Shown: in pieces, positions 14,132 to 27,010 of the stretch
How the letters are laid out: every line of letters starts with the position of its first letter
Position numbering within the stretch: position 1 is the first letter of the stretch
Assembly (NCBI GenBank): GCA_951406725.2
Contig: OX597831.1
Location: forward strand, 44,826,001-44,890,000
Reading direction: 5' to 3'
Length of the DNA stretch: 64,000 nucleotides
From: Octopus vulgaris
Lineage: Eukaryota
Made by a program: the position numbers and the translations under genes
The notes under the pieces: generated by a model
The model's database searches: none
Told to the model about the DNA's origin: nothing
The model's input: only the letters and a program-made list of their open reading frames with translations

Positions 14132-15349
14132 CTATCGCAGATTAACTAACTCGAACAAAGAGGTGAAGTGATAACGTTGAGGGGCGCGAGTCATACCCAT
14201 GTCTTTGCCTGTTAACTCGCCGTTCACCAGAAATTCTTTACCGAGAATCTTCTGACCCCAGAGGATAGTTTCATCCATAGCAGGGGTGGGTACTCCTGCT
14301 ATTTGGGCAATGCCGCGAAATACTACCATGCCAAAAGGAAGATCTTCTGTCATATAACGGTAGTTGAAGTCGGGAACAAATTTACCTCCTTCAACCTCCT
14401 TCATGGGGTGCACCAGTCCATTGTAAGCCTTGCATGTACGCATGGCTGTTTGCAGGGTGCTGAAGTCAGAGATACTCTCCTTGTAGTTAAGTTTGTACCA
14501 GTCAAAGAGATGAATGACGTCACTCATATCCATGTCTGGGTACTTCTTCTGGATAGCTTGTGCAGTGTTAAACAGCTCGGTGCTCACTTTGTCAAGCATA
14601 CCAGCAGCAAAGTCATTCAGGCCTTGATAGAATAAAGGTTTCTCACTGACGGGTTTACCATCCCAGTCCTTCCAGGTGCCATACATCATTGGAGGATGAA
14701 CAACAGAATCAGCTAACAGATTGATGGATAAATAGTTAGCAGCAAGAGTGAGCTTAGGCTCTTTACCAATAATATACTGAATGGTGGGTAGAATAGGGAA
14801 ATAAGCTCTGCACCCACGGTTGATAATTGCACATGCAAGTGTGTCTTTTGGGCCAAGAACTTGAACTTCCCGAGCAAATTTCTGGATACGGCAAGCCCAT
14901 GGCAAAGATTCAAAAGAAACGATGGCGCAAGTTTTTCCTCCAATGCCTAACAAGTCGCAACATTGGAACTGGAAACCAGGCTGACTTGGAAGACCGACAA
15001 CAACAGTATTTGGCTCAATATACGGTGCGATAGCTTTGAAGTAGCCCTCGTGAGCAAATGCTGGAACTGTGAAGATGATAAGATTACATCCCGGTACAGC
15101 TTTTGAAGGATCATTGGTGATCATGTTTGGTCGGGATTTGATGATGTTGGTGGTTCCATCCTTTTCTTTAAACTCTACGGTGAACTGGTCATTGCCCAGT
15201 GTGTTTCTGAATCGCTCAGCTTCATCTGCAAACAGAGACATCACATTCACTTTGACGTTTCTGCGAGATGAAGCAAGCCCAGTTAACACATGAGCTCCAT
15301 TGCCACCACCACAAATCAACAAGTTCACCTGAACATCAGGTTGCGCCAT
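14132..15349 (-). CDS. ODH: Octopine/opine dehydrogenase (NAD-dependent, mollusc ODH/tauropine DH family), 405 aa, CDS in one exon
   Basis: Rossmann motif ICGGGNGAH, plus TVPAFAHEGYF, GLPSQ, FESLPWACR, VHP (catalytic His), WDGKP..PLFYQG, RYMTED (Arg/Asp) and TRAPQRY. These align motif by motif with scallop octopine dehydrogenase as I recall it. Confidence 0.95.
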   Translation of the reverse strand: MAQPDVQVNLLICGGGNGAHVLTGLASSRRNVKVNVMSLFADEAERFRNTLGNDQFTVEFKEKDGTTNIIKSRPNMITNDPSKAVPGCNLIIFTVPAFAHEGYFKAIAPYIEPNTVVVGLPSQPGFQFQCCDLLGIGGKTCAIVSFESLPWACRIQKFAREVQVLGPKDTLACAIINRGCRAYFPILPTIQYIIGKEPKLTLAANYLSINLLADSVVHPPMMYGTWKDWDGKPVSEKPLFYQGLNDFAAGMLDKVSTELFNTAQAIQKKYPDMDMSDVIHLFDWYKLNYKESISDFSTLQTAMRTCKAYNGLVHPMKEVEGGKFVPDFNYRYMTEDLPFGMVVFRGIAQIAGVPTPAMDETILWGQKILGKEFLVNGELTGKDMGMTRAPQRYHFTSLFELVNLR

Positions 15350-15385
15350 TATTGGTTAAGGCCTACAAAATAAAGTAAAGAAACA
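15350..15385 (-). other. Splice acceptor 13 nt upstream of the ODH ATG (5'-UTR intron)
   Basis: Minus strand reads ctttactttattttgtag|gccttaaccaataATG; the exon would begin at 15362. Confidence 0.65.
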
Positions 15386-17566
15386 ATAAATATTGGAAAT
15401 AATCAAGAAGCAAGTTTCAGACAAAATAGTCGACTGTCAGAAAGATACAACACTGTTAATAAACACAACAGCTAAATTGGCCAATATTTTATTAAACAGA
15501 AGTAGCTGTAGCAACTGAGAAATTGACGTATTTACCAATTCCTTTAGATATGAGTTCGATCCCAGTCACTGATAACACATTACATAACTATACAAGGTCC
15601 CGTAAAATCATTAAACTTCTCAGTTCACCCAAATAAATACTAGATACCCGTTTTTCTTTATAACAATGATTTAAAATTTTGACGCAAGGCCGACAAGTTC
15701 GGGGGAGTGAGTAAATAGATTACTTCGACCCCAGTACTCGACTGGTACTTGTTTTATCGATTCCGAAAGGATGAAAGGCAAAGTCAACCTCAACGGAATT
15801 TGAATCTAGAACGTAAAGACCGATGAAATACTGCTAAGCATTTTGCTCGGCATGTTGTCGATTCTGCAAGGTCACCACTTTTTACTCAATGATAATATTC
15901 TTTTCTACTCTAGGCATAAAGCCCGAAATTTTTGGGGAGGGGGCCAGTCGATTACAGCGACCCCAGTTCGCAACTGGTATTTATTTTATCGACCCCGAAA
16001 GGATGAAAGGTAAAGTCAACCTCGGCGGAATTTGAACTCGGAACGTAAAGACCGACGAAATACTGCTAAGCATTTTTCCCGGCGTGCAAGGTCACCACCT
16101 TTTATTCAATGATAATATTAAATACATTATGAAAGCGACGAGCTGGCAGAATCGTTAGCACACATTTCGTCCGATTTTACGTTCTGAGTTCAAATACTGC
16201 CGAGGTCGACCTTGCCTTTCATCTTTACGAGGTTGACAAAACAAGAACCGATTAAACACTGGGGTCAATGTCATCGACTTACCAACCTCCCCAGAAACTG
16301 CTGGCCTTGTGCCAAAATTTGAAATCAATATTAAATACATTATTCAGAACTGTCTTTGAAGCATTATAGGTCCCTGGTCAAATCAATGCCCTGAGCCCTA
16401 TATAATTTATTAGCAGCAAGCCACAGCATACATAGAACAGAATCGGGGCCCCTAGACAGCGTGAGGCCCACGGGCAACTGTCCAATGTATCCATGCCTTA
16501 AGATCGCACAGACATTGCCTAGATCAGGGACTGGCAACAGCTGTTTCGGATTTTTAAAGAATTTTCAGATTTAATATATTAATGGTCCATTGAGCAGTCG
16601 ATGTCCATTAAATGGTCTTTTGTGTCATGATTTGCTTAATTTTTGCTTACATAAACGTTGCTATCGAGGGAAATGGGCAATATAAACTGGTATCTTGTTA
16701 TATGTAGGGTATAATATAATATACATGGACTATGGATAAATGTAAATGTGTTTATTTTATCGATCTCGAAAGGATGAAAGTCAAAGTGGACCGCGATGGA
16801 ATTTGAACTCAGAACGTAAAGACCGACAAAATGCCGCTAAGCGTTTTCCTGGCGCGCTAACGACTCTGCCAGCCTGCTGTCTTATTAGTAGTAGTAATAT
16901 TGATTTCAAATTTTGCACATGACCAGCAATTTCAGGGCAGGGGTTAAGTCAATTACATCGACTCCAGAATTCGACTGGTACTTATTCTATCGATTTCAAA
17001 AGGGTGAAACAAAGTGAATCTCGGCGGAATTTGAACTCAGAACGTAATGACGGACGAAATATCAAAGCATTATGCCCAGTGTGGTAAAGATTCTGCCGGC
17101 GTGCCGCCTTAATTAGTGGTAGTAATATTAATGACAGAAATTGATCACTAATGATGCATCGTGAACCACACTGTAAACCTTCAGCTATTGCACAAATCAA
17201 TATATATTTGATCCGAAGGCGGCGAGCTGGCAGAAACGTTAGCACGTCAGGTGAAATGCTTATCAGTATTTCGTCTGTCTTGACGTTCCGAGTTCAAATT
17301 CCGCCGACGTCGACTTTGCCTTTCATCCTTTCGGGGTCGATAAATTAAGTACCAGTTGCATACTGAGGTCGATCTAATCGACTGCACCCTCCACCAAAAT
17401 TTCGGGCCTTGTACCTAGAGTAGAAAAGAATATATGTTTGACTTGTGTAACATGATGCAATAAAGTGTTTACCTGACGATCTGATATGGTTCAGCAGCCA
17501 ATTGCATTTGGAACAATGGTGAAACGTGCGTAGGGAACAAATGATATAAACTTATGATTTTCATAA

Positions 17567-17622
<56 letters not shown>

Positions 17623-19346
17623 ACTTTTAGTTTCGCACCTATAAAACGCATAACCGTATAGGCGACCCTTCAGACTCAAATGGCCAAAGGCTCATAACCT
17701 CTCTGGCCATTCGAGTCTGACGATTATATATATCTCGTGGCTTAGTGGTTAGGGTGTCAGCATCATGATCGTAAGATTGTGGTTTCGATTCCTGGACCGA
17801 GCGACGCGTTGTGTTCTTCAGCAAAACACTTCATTTCACGTTGCTTCAGTCCACTCAGCTGGCAAAAATGAGTAACGCTGCGATGGACTGGTGTTCGGTC
17901 CAGCTCGGGAACACATACGCCATAGAAAGCGGGCCCATGAGCCTGGCTAGGCTTTAAAAGAGCGCATTTATTATTTACACACGCACACACACACACACAC
18001 ACATACACACACACAATTGGGTGAAACATGGTAAGAATTGAGCACTTATTCTTCATATTCCAGACGACTGCGTTACCTTTAAAGCAACATCTATTAAAAT
18101 TACAGAGACGTGGTTGTTGACAGGGATCCAAAGACTCTGGGTGCAAATAGTTCTCCAAGCATTGCGAACTATTGAGCAAGGTATATGATTTTCTGCACTT
18201 TACTAAAAGCACCTGATTGAAGATCGACTAAATCCAAATAAAATATCTTTTCATAACTTGCTACATTTCTTTTGAAGCCCGGTTAATTTTTTCTTAGGTG
18301 CCATTTATCCCATTACCAAATCCTAAACCGCAGCTGAACAAACACAACAGTGTTTGCATAATTGGTTCCACGGTTTGCACGACTCCTTGGTCCTTTGGTG
18401 GAGTCTACTTAGTTGCAAATATCTGAGCCAAGCCTCCAGTTTAAGGATACATACCCCACACTCTCTCTCTCTCTCTGTAGCCCCGAAGACCCCATAAAAA
18501 GTCATGAGCACTGCCCTTTCCTCCCCACTAAATGATAAAGACAAAGTCTTGGCATCTTGGGGAAGGGAGGTAAGCAGATTCTGCTTTGGTTATAAATACC
18601 AACTTTTTTTTTTCGGAACAACAAAGTCCATCATTTCGAATCCCATTCTAAGCAGCCGAAAAATCCCCCGGGGAGCCAAATTTCACAACCAGAATAAGTA
18701 CATATGATTTGATTCCATGTATTTATTTATTTAGCCATAAACCTGTGTGGTACTGTTTAGTTGTTAGCACTGCGTTCGATGTAATCGACTTACTCCTTCC
18801 TCAAACTTCCTGGCCTCGTGCCAAAATTCAAAACCTCTGTTATACCATTCTGCCTCAGGCGGCGAGCTGACAGAATCGTTAGCATACCGAGAAAATGCGT
18901 TGCAGCATTTCGTTCGTCTTTACATTTTGAATTTAAATTCCGCCGAGGTCGACTTTGCCTTTCATCCTGTCGGTGTAGATAAAATAAGTACCAGTTGCGC
19001 AGGAGTGGCTGTATGGTAAGTAGCTGGCTTACCAAACCACATTGTTTCGGGTTTTAGTCCCACTGCGTGGCACCTTGGGCAAGTGTCTTCTACTATAGCT
19101 TCGGGCCGACTAAAGCCCTGTGAGTAGATTTGGTAGACGGAAACTGAAAGAATCCCGTCGTATATATATATCTTTCGTTGTTTAAGAAAAATGTCCAGTT
19201 CCTTGGTTTTGTGTTTATGTTTTCGTTTCTCATTGTGTTCGACGTTTTTTTGGTGTCATGTACCCATATATGCATGTATATATACATGTAGAGGTAGGTA
19301 CGTACATATATGTATGTATGTATGTATATATGCATATGTTTTATTT

Positions 19347-19377
<31 letters not shown>

Positions 19378-22300
19378 CATCTTTGTGTGTCTGTTTGTTC
19401 ACCAACATCGCCTGACCACCGATGCTGGTATGTTTACGTCCCCCGTCACCTGGCGGTTCGGCAAGAGAGACAGATAGAATAAGTACTAGGCTTACAAAGA
19501 ATAAGTCCTGGGGGCGATTTGCTCGACTAAAGGCGGTGCTCCAGCATGGCTGCTGTCAAATGACTGAAACAAATAAAAGAATTGGAGTCCATAACTTATC
19601 CCTCTCCCGAAATTGCTGGCCGTGTACCAAAATTTGAAACCGATATTATACCATTATGTAAATGAGTCGCACTTTGGCGTATATCTATTTATATTATTTT
19701 CGCCCCCGTTGCTATCACTTGGCATGTTGGGCCGAGAAAGTAACGTGCATCCAACTGAATTATCAGGTAACAACGTCGACCTCATAAGCAGATGCAGAAA
19801 AATCCCTCGCGAAGCGGTGTAGCTATTTAATAACAACATTAAATACATACAGATATATAACTTCGTTTATTTATTTACTGATAGCTTATCTTTCTGTTTC
19901 TTACCCTCATATAGTGGGTGGAGCTTTCAAGTTGTATCTTCCTGTATCAATGTATTTGAACAGATCTAAGTTAATCACAGTCAGTTAAGCCGGCGAGCTG
20001 GCAGAGTCGTTAGCACGCTGGACAAAATGCTTGGCGGCATCTCTTCAGGTTCCTGCCTTTCATTCTTATGGAATCGATAAAAATAAGTACCAGTTGAGCA
20101 CTGGAGGTTAATGTAATCGATTAGCCCCCTTCTCCCAATCTTTCAGGTCCTGTGTCGATAGCAGAAAGTAATTAAGGCGGCGAGCTGGCAGAATCGTTAG
20201 CACGCCGGGCGAAATGCGTGGCCGTATTTCGTCTGCAGTTACGTTCAGAGTTCAAATTCCGCCGAGGTCGACTTTGCCTTTTATCCTTTCGGGGATCGAT
20301 TAAATAAGTACTAGATACGCACTGGAGTCGATATAATCGACTTAATCCCTTTGTCTGTCCTTGTTTGTCCCCTCTGTGTTTAGCCCCTTGAGGGCAGTAA
20401 AGAAATAAGAAAGTAATTTACCAAGTGCTAACGATTTAGTTTGGAACTTAAACTTAGTCTCAGCCCCTACCTTCACATTAACTGCCTGACCTACTCCCTT
20501 TCGCCCCTGCTCTAAATACCCCACCCCTCTCATCCTGCTTCGTACAGTATTTTGTGAATGTAGTCACTACCACCACCACCAACCCCTAAAGCAGCCGATA
20601 AGCTATACCTACTTTCAATCCGGCATCCTCGCAATATTCGGTAAGCTTGAATTCTTCCTCACCCTCAATGCAATTAAAAAGGCCTATCTTCCCTAACCCC
20701 GATAGCATTTGGCAGGTTTTGCACCCCCTCCACACTCCTCATACTTCCGCCCCCCCACCCTTTCCTTCAAATAACCTTGCAACAGTCGAGTAAAGTATTT
20801 CTCCTACGACACCGCCAAGTTGTCGATAAGCTAGAGGCACGTACAATACACTTCAACATGGTACCCCTCACCCGCCATCGATAGGTTTCTGTGTCAGCCT
20901 ACAGTCGTTGCAACTTCAGTTACTATAGCTGCTACCCGCAACACTACTGCTTGTGGTTGACGAGTAAAATAGCACGTCCACCCCGACTCCACCTCACCCT
21001 ACGACTGCACTGTTTAGAGATTTGTAAAAAGAGAACAGAAGAAGCATATTACATTTTCTACAATTTAAGATAGCAAACTATACATGCTGCTCTCAGCTAA
21101 TGCTTGGGTTAAGGTATTTTGACAAGTCAAGTAATTAGTAAAAAACAACAACATACAAACAATTCAACCAGTTTTTTTTATATATATAAAGAAACAACAA
21201 AAGCTTTCAAATATATTGAAGTCAAACGAATGCATCAAACGATATTATGTAGTTTGGTTGAAGTTAAAACTCAAAATAGTTTTCAGTTAATGCAAACTTA
21301 ACGTTAGAACTATTTTTAGTTTGAACTATATACATTTAAACACTAGAAGCATAAATGAAATCTGTTCTGAGGTAAGAACTAAAAAAAAAAGTAATTTTTT
21401 TTTTGAAAGAGGAAAATGTTCGAAAAAACCACCGAACAAAGCCAACCTGGGCAGAAAAGCTAAGTTGATTGAAGCTAGCAATGACCATTTGAGCAAAGCT
21501 AGTTAAATGTGAACAGCGCAGCAAAAACGCAATAACGATGGAAAACAAAATACACGATGTGCTTACCTTGAGTGAAAGTTCTTGGTGTTGGTCAGTTGAG
21601 TTCACCAACCAGAAAGAAAATAATTAGTAATGGCATGCAAATATCATTGTTAAGGTTCGTTAAAATCAAAGACATACAAAAGGGAGAAAGATTTTGTCGG
21701 AAGAGTTTTTTGGACATAAATTCGGCTTATGAAAATTTTAAAGATTTTCCAAACCACTAAGATGATAATTTTCTTTCTTATTAACCTCACCTTTTAGATA
21801 TGAATTTTGTTTTTAAACATTAACATCTACACAACATTTCGATCGGTTTGGTCTTCAGTCATCCTCAGGGATCTAATTCCCTGATCGAAATTTGAGTAAA
21901 CATTATATATAAAAATATTATGATGAGATTAGTAGTCCTAAAATGTATAATCTTATTAACACTAACTGCTCACTTCAGACATTTAAACAGTTTCCAAACA
22001 ACTTCGACATAACTTCTTTTTAAGAAATTCTTCAGTTTCAACCCCTGAATGTGAACGAGTTGGGAAAACTGGGAACGAGTTGGGAAAACTGGGAACTGAT
22101 AAAAGATGTTTTTTATAACGAAAATAGGGCCGTAAATAGTGGGGGAAACTAACACAGAAAACGACAATAGATAAATAATAGTGAATAAAATTGTAACTCT
22201 TCGTTATGAGAAACATTTGTTAATCAGTTTGGAGTGTTTGGTAAGGTCTGGGCCCCGAAACAAGGTCTTTTGAAGAACTAACAAATATTAAGGAACATGA

Positions 22301-23753
22301 CATTGTTCCATTACTTTTGAAACAATTTTATTTTCTTAAAGAATTAATTTTTTTTCTTCTAGATAGCAATTTTTCGTTGTGACGCACCTGCTAGTTGCTG
22401 CTTAAATGACAAGTTTTACTTGTTAGACAACGAATGTAATTGATAAATCAATTTGTTCAAGGTTGCTGACACAAAAAGTGAAATTGTGTCAAGGTAAACC
22501 GAGAAACGAATGATTTTCTTTCTATATTTGAGGAACACATTTAAAAAAAAAAACTTTACAAAGAGAAAAATAGATGTATATTATATTATCTACAAACTCT
22601 TGTTCAATGCTTCATGGTTCTTAAATCAGATTTCATTCGAAGTAACTATACGTTTTATACCCCTAATCGAATCGGTAATATAATGAAATTATGTTAAGGA
22701 CTACGTTTTTAAGACATAAAATTACAATACCAATTTTATGCCTTAAAAGGGAATCGATTAGGGTATTTTTTGGCTTAATTTTATAACTTTTATTTATATA
22801 TCTGTATTACATTTTACAAAAGTTATGTAAAAAATCTATAATAAGCAGAAATACGTCTGGCGTTAAGGTTAACAATTTTGTAGACAGCACTGACATTTTG
22901 CTATAAATGGCTTGTCAGTAATTCCACTTCAAGGCCATTCTGCATATGAAGTTGATGATTCTGTAGAGAAAGGACAGTCCTTAACCTTCGTTTTAATGAA
23001 TTTAACATGTTCTATTGATTTCATTATTGTATTTAATAGCACAAAACCTGCATAAGCATATTAGACGCACCCCACAATTTCAAGGAAAAAATCTTCAGGG
23101 CATTAAAGCTTAAAGGAAGCCCAACTTCATATGTAGGACCCGAAGTGCTTTTTTTTTTTTTTGGAAAGGGTGCGTCAAATGACATCAAATACGATAATAA
23201 TATTCCTCGTGACCACGAAAAGTAGTGTTGGCGCATCGGCTATTTTTGTACACAGAGAACAAAAATCTTCAATTTGCTATGCTTTGTGATGTTACATTTT
23301 GGTAAATATGAAGAGAAAGCGTTTTCTATTCTCCTATATAAATAACATGAAACAAGCGTTTAAAAAAAATATTTTTACGATTGATGCCAGAAAAAATTGT
23401 GATAAATAATTAATTTGAAAGAAAGTCTGCCAAAATCTTCTGCCTACCACTTAGAAAGTTATGATGTACTTTTAAAGAAGGAAATGCCAGTCCAGACTGA
23501 CTAAGGCGTATTACATTTTGTAAACTCATTAAAGGAAAAAGAAACAAGAGAATTCTGTAATCAGCAAAGTACCTGTAGTTATCATCAAATAGCTTGCATC
23601 GTATTTTTATTTTACTACACAACAATCCATTTGGCGCAGGATTTCGTTATTCAAATAAAATAAAGGAAGGGAAACAAAGATGTATGTATGTATGTAGAGA
23701 AAGATACACATACATATATACACACATATATAAACAATATATATATATATACA

Positions 23754-23899
23754 TAAAATTATAATTTAGGGTATCTAAGAGATACCACTACGCTGGAAAT
23801 AGCAGTCAAAACTTGACTCTAAAACCACATTTAGAGTCAAGTTTTGGCTGCTATTTCCAGCGTGGTGGTATCTCTTAGATACCTTAAATTATAATTTTA
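23754..23899. repeat. Near-perfect hairpin (~70-bp arms, short loop)
   Basis: taaaattataatttagggtatctaagagatacc...ttgactctaaa-accaca-tttagagtcaa...ggtatctcttagataccttaaattataatttta. Confidence 0.95.
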
Positions 23900-25529
23900 A
23901 TAATGATTATTACCTTTGAAGGTTTTTATTCCCATGCTGGCCATTTGATTAGGTCGATATTAAAATTAACGATCTTACCCTTATTTATATAATATACACA
24001 CATATATATATAATATACACACATATACATACATGCATACTTATACACATTGTACATATCTATCTATCTATCTATACATACGTATATATAAATACATATA
24101 CATACATACATACATGCACAATCACATACATACATGCATCTTTGTTTTTGCGAAAACTTAGACTCATAGATGGAGCCAGCACATATTACATTTCCGTTGC
24201 ATTTCTTAAACTCCGAAGAGAAACATAAACCGCCTACAATATATCTTTTGCTTGTTTTCTATAAAAACAGTGGCTATTTTGGGCCAAGCAAAAATCGCCT
24301 GATTTGCAACTCGATGCATAAACACTTACATGTTGTAGTATGTTTTTAAACACTCCACAAAACTAACAGACACCAGTGTATTATCTTAAGAAATAAATAT
24401 GCTTTTAATTAACGCATAGGTGCAACAGGGGAGCTTCTTTGTGGTTGCCCGATCTGCTAGAAATGGCAGCTAAATATTCCTGAAATTACATCCTACCGTC
24501 TTAGAAACGGACCCGTTGGATAGTGTAATCATGGGTCCCCTACACGTAGGAAAACGATGGGATGGTCACGGATGGAATGCCTTTGACGATAGGTCTGCTC
24601 GTCCAGGGTTGAGCTGGGGCTAAACACCAACATCATCACCATCAACAACGAAATCATAAAAGTATGACGATTTAATATATTCAAATGCAGATATGTTAAT
24701 ATATTCGCATTACAGAATGGTCTTTCGTGAAAGTATTTGAATATGTTAATTAAATATTATATGAAGAAAACGTGAATACGCAGTATAATATAAACAACAA
24801 ATTAATGCGAATTCATCGTTTTTAATGTTCAAATTTATTTTTTCTAGTTTGCATGTTGTATAAAATATTATAAGAAATAGGTTTCTTCGGAAATTAGTAT
24901 CTTAATTTTTTTTCGTTTGCTCAAAGGAAAGATGGTTTAGCAAAAGACCTTGACATTAAAAGTTCAAGGTGAAATAAATTGGATTTCTTTCTCTCTTTCG
25001 TGGGATATAAATGAAAATCAAGCATTTATGGTTTAAAACACCTTAATTCTATATTCTATTTCTGAAATAAAAAAAAATTATGGGGGGAAAAAAAAAAAAG
25101 AAGGAGAAAGTGAATAGAAAGCTTAATATAATATTAAAATCATTCTGCGGAATTGGTGAGAATAATTACAAAATTAGTAACAAAAATAAATAAATAAATA
25201 AATAAATAAGCAGAATTTTTTTTTTATAATTACTGTTTAAAAAAAAAGAAAGACATTAATTGCATTAGTCGTTGTTAAAAGTACACGACAATCTGTCGTA
25301 TATAGGAGTACATTACCGATTTCCAGATTGTCAGCAAACGACCTTCAGACAATGATGAAGGTTATTTTAGCACTGCTTCGTGTTAGAATTAAATTAAAGC
25401 GGAGGTTGCTAAATTATGTTAACAAAGCAATGCGGGATAATAACAATATAATTCCTGCAAGTAGAAGAATATTAAAAGAAAGAAAAAGAAAGAACATCTG
25501 AAAGCAAAATTTCGATGTTACGATGAACA

Positions 25530-25660
25530 ACTTACCCGGGTAAAAATCTGAGACTTTCCCCCTGTCACGTTCGCCAACAACTGTCAAACGTAAGGGCAAG
25601 GTTCTTGCTATATATACAATGCAGACGCCACCTACTACTACTATAAAAGAGACGTGCCAA
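25530..25660 (-). promoter_or_regulatory. Candidate TATA promoter and non-coding first exon (~25582-25536), possibly of ODH
   Basis: Minus strand: TATATATAG (25616-25608), Inr-like ACAGTT ~32 nt downstream, then a perfect donor GG|GTAAGT at 25536/25535, in non-repetitive sequence. Confidence 0.35.
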
Positions 25661-26154
25661 TGTTTAAGGGAGGTAATGATGGCGATAATTATGAAGTCGC
25701 CTCCCTGTATACTTTACATATTTGCCTAATTCCTATTTTTGTATATTATAAGAACCATTTTTAGTCAGAAAAGAACAATGCATTTTGAACTATAAACGTT
25801 CAGCAACGGAATTCGAACGAGAATATCAATTACACCCCAGGGCACCTGATATTTAATCTCAAATTAGGCTTTGGGCGGACTATTTTAACTAGATTAGATA
25901 GCTACAACAGTACGTTCGCCGCTAATTCATAATTTGATCGAGATATTTCTAATTGCAAACATAGACCCATGTAGAGCATCTCGCTGGATTGAACATTAGT
26001 AGTTGTTATTAACATATTTTATGTAGCAACAAACAGCTGCGTTATAAATCTAACTAGAATTAACTTAACTATTGTTGATGACGAAGATACCGTCCCTGGA
26101 TTATTTGTCAATGAGGGGTTCGTGGAAAAGTTCCAAGGATACCACGATAAAGCG

Positions 26155-26197
<43 letters not shown>

Positions 26198-26643
26198 TAT
26201 TATTAATATTATTATTGAGTGAGAGAGCAGTGCATGCCATCAAAGTGACATTGGGGTAAAATATACGAAGCCCAGTATACCCATCATGACTACCCGTCTG
26301 ATAAGGGTACACTAGGCACATGCATCACAACCACATGTGCGCAACATGGTGATCTCATATCAAGATAAACAGCGCATGACCTTGCAAGTTGGGCCCATTT
26401 AGAATTTTCTTCTGGTCGAGTAACCCATCCCGCTCAAAAGGTCCCTGAATAAGGGTTGTTTAAGGATGTTGAACGAAACAGCCGTGTTTCCAGAGGTGAA
26501 TTATTTATTTCATGGAGTGAGAATAGCAGAAATAATATAATTAAAGAATGTGGTGTAGTAGGCTCTTTGTAGTGTTAACGGTAACACAATCAGCTGGTAG
26601 GTGAGAGATACGTAGTTCAAGTTCAGTCGTGGTGAGTGTAGGC

Positions 26644-26757
26644 CAGTGCTCTGCATCCGGTATGTCGCGGCACACTGGTGTGCCACGAGAGGGTGTTAGG
26701 TGTGCCGCAGTGTAACATGAATATAATATTTCCCCTATACAAGCCTGTAAAGAGAAA

Positions 26758-26838
<81 letters not shown>

Positions 26839-27010
26839 ACCGCTCTCTCTATGTATGTATGTATGTATGTATGTATGTATGTATGTATGTATGTATGTAT
26901 GTATGTATGTATGTGCCTGTCCGTCCGTCCGTCCGTCTGTTCATGTGTGCCGCCAAATTTTGAAAAGAATATAAGTATACTGCAAGTGTAAAAAAGGTTG
27001 CGGAGCGCTG
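26644..27010. mobile_element. hAT-type MITE with internal (TATC)n/(TATG)n
   Basis: TIRs cagtgctctgcatcc / ggttgcggagcgctg. Imperfect 8-bp TSD gtgtaggc/gtttagac. Related fragments at ~30100-30250 and ~32500-32548. Confidence 0.65.

Noticed and set aside
14303-15293. Antisense and alternate-frame ORFs over ODH (and 60374-61057 over PI-PLC, 6324-6536 over the + gene)
   Set aside because: Shadow ORFs of real coding exons.
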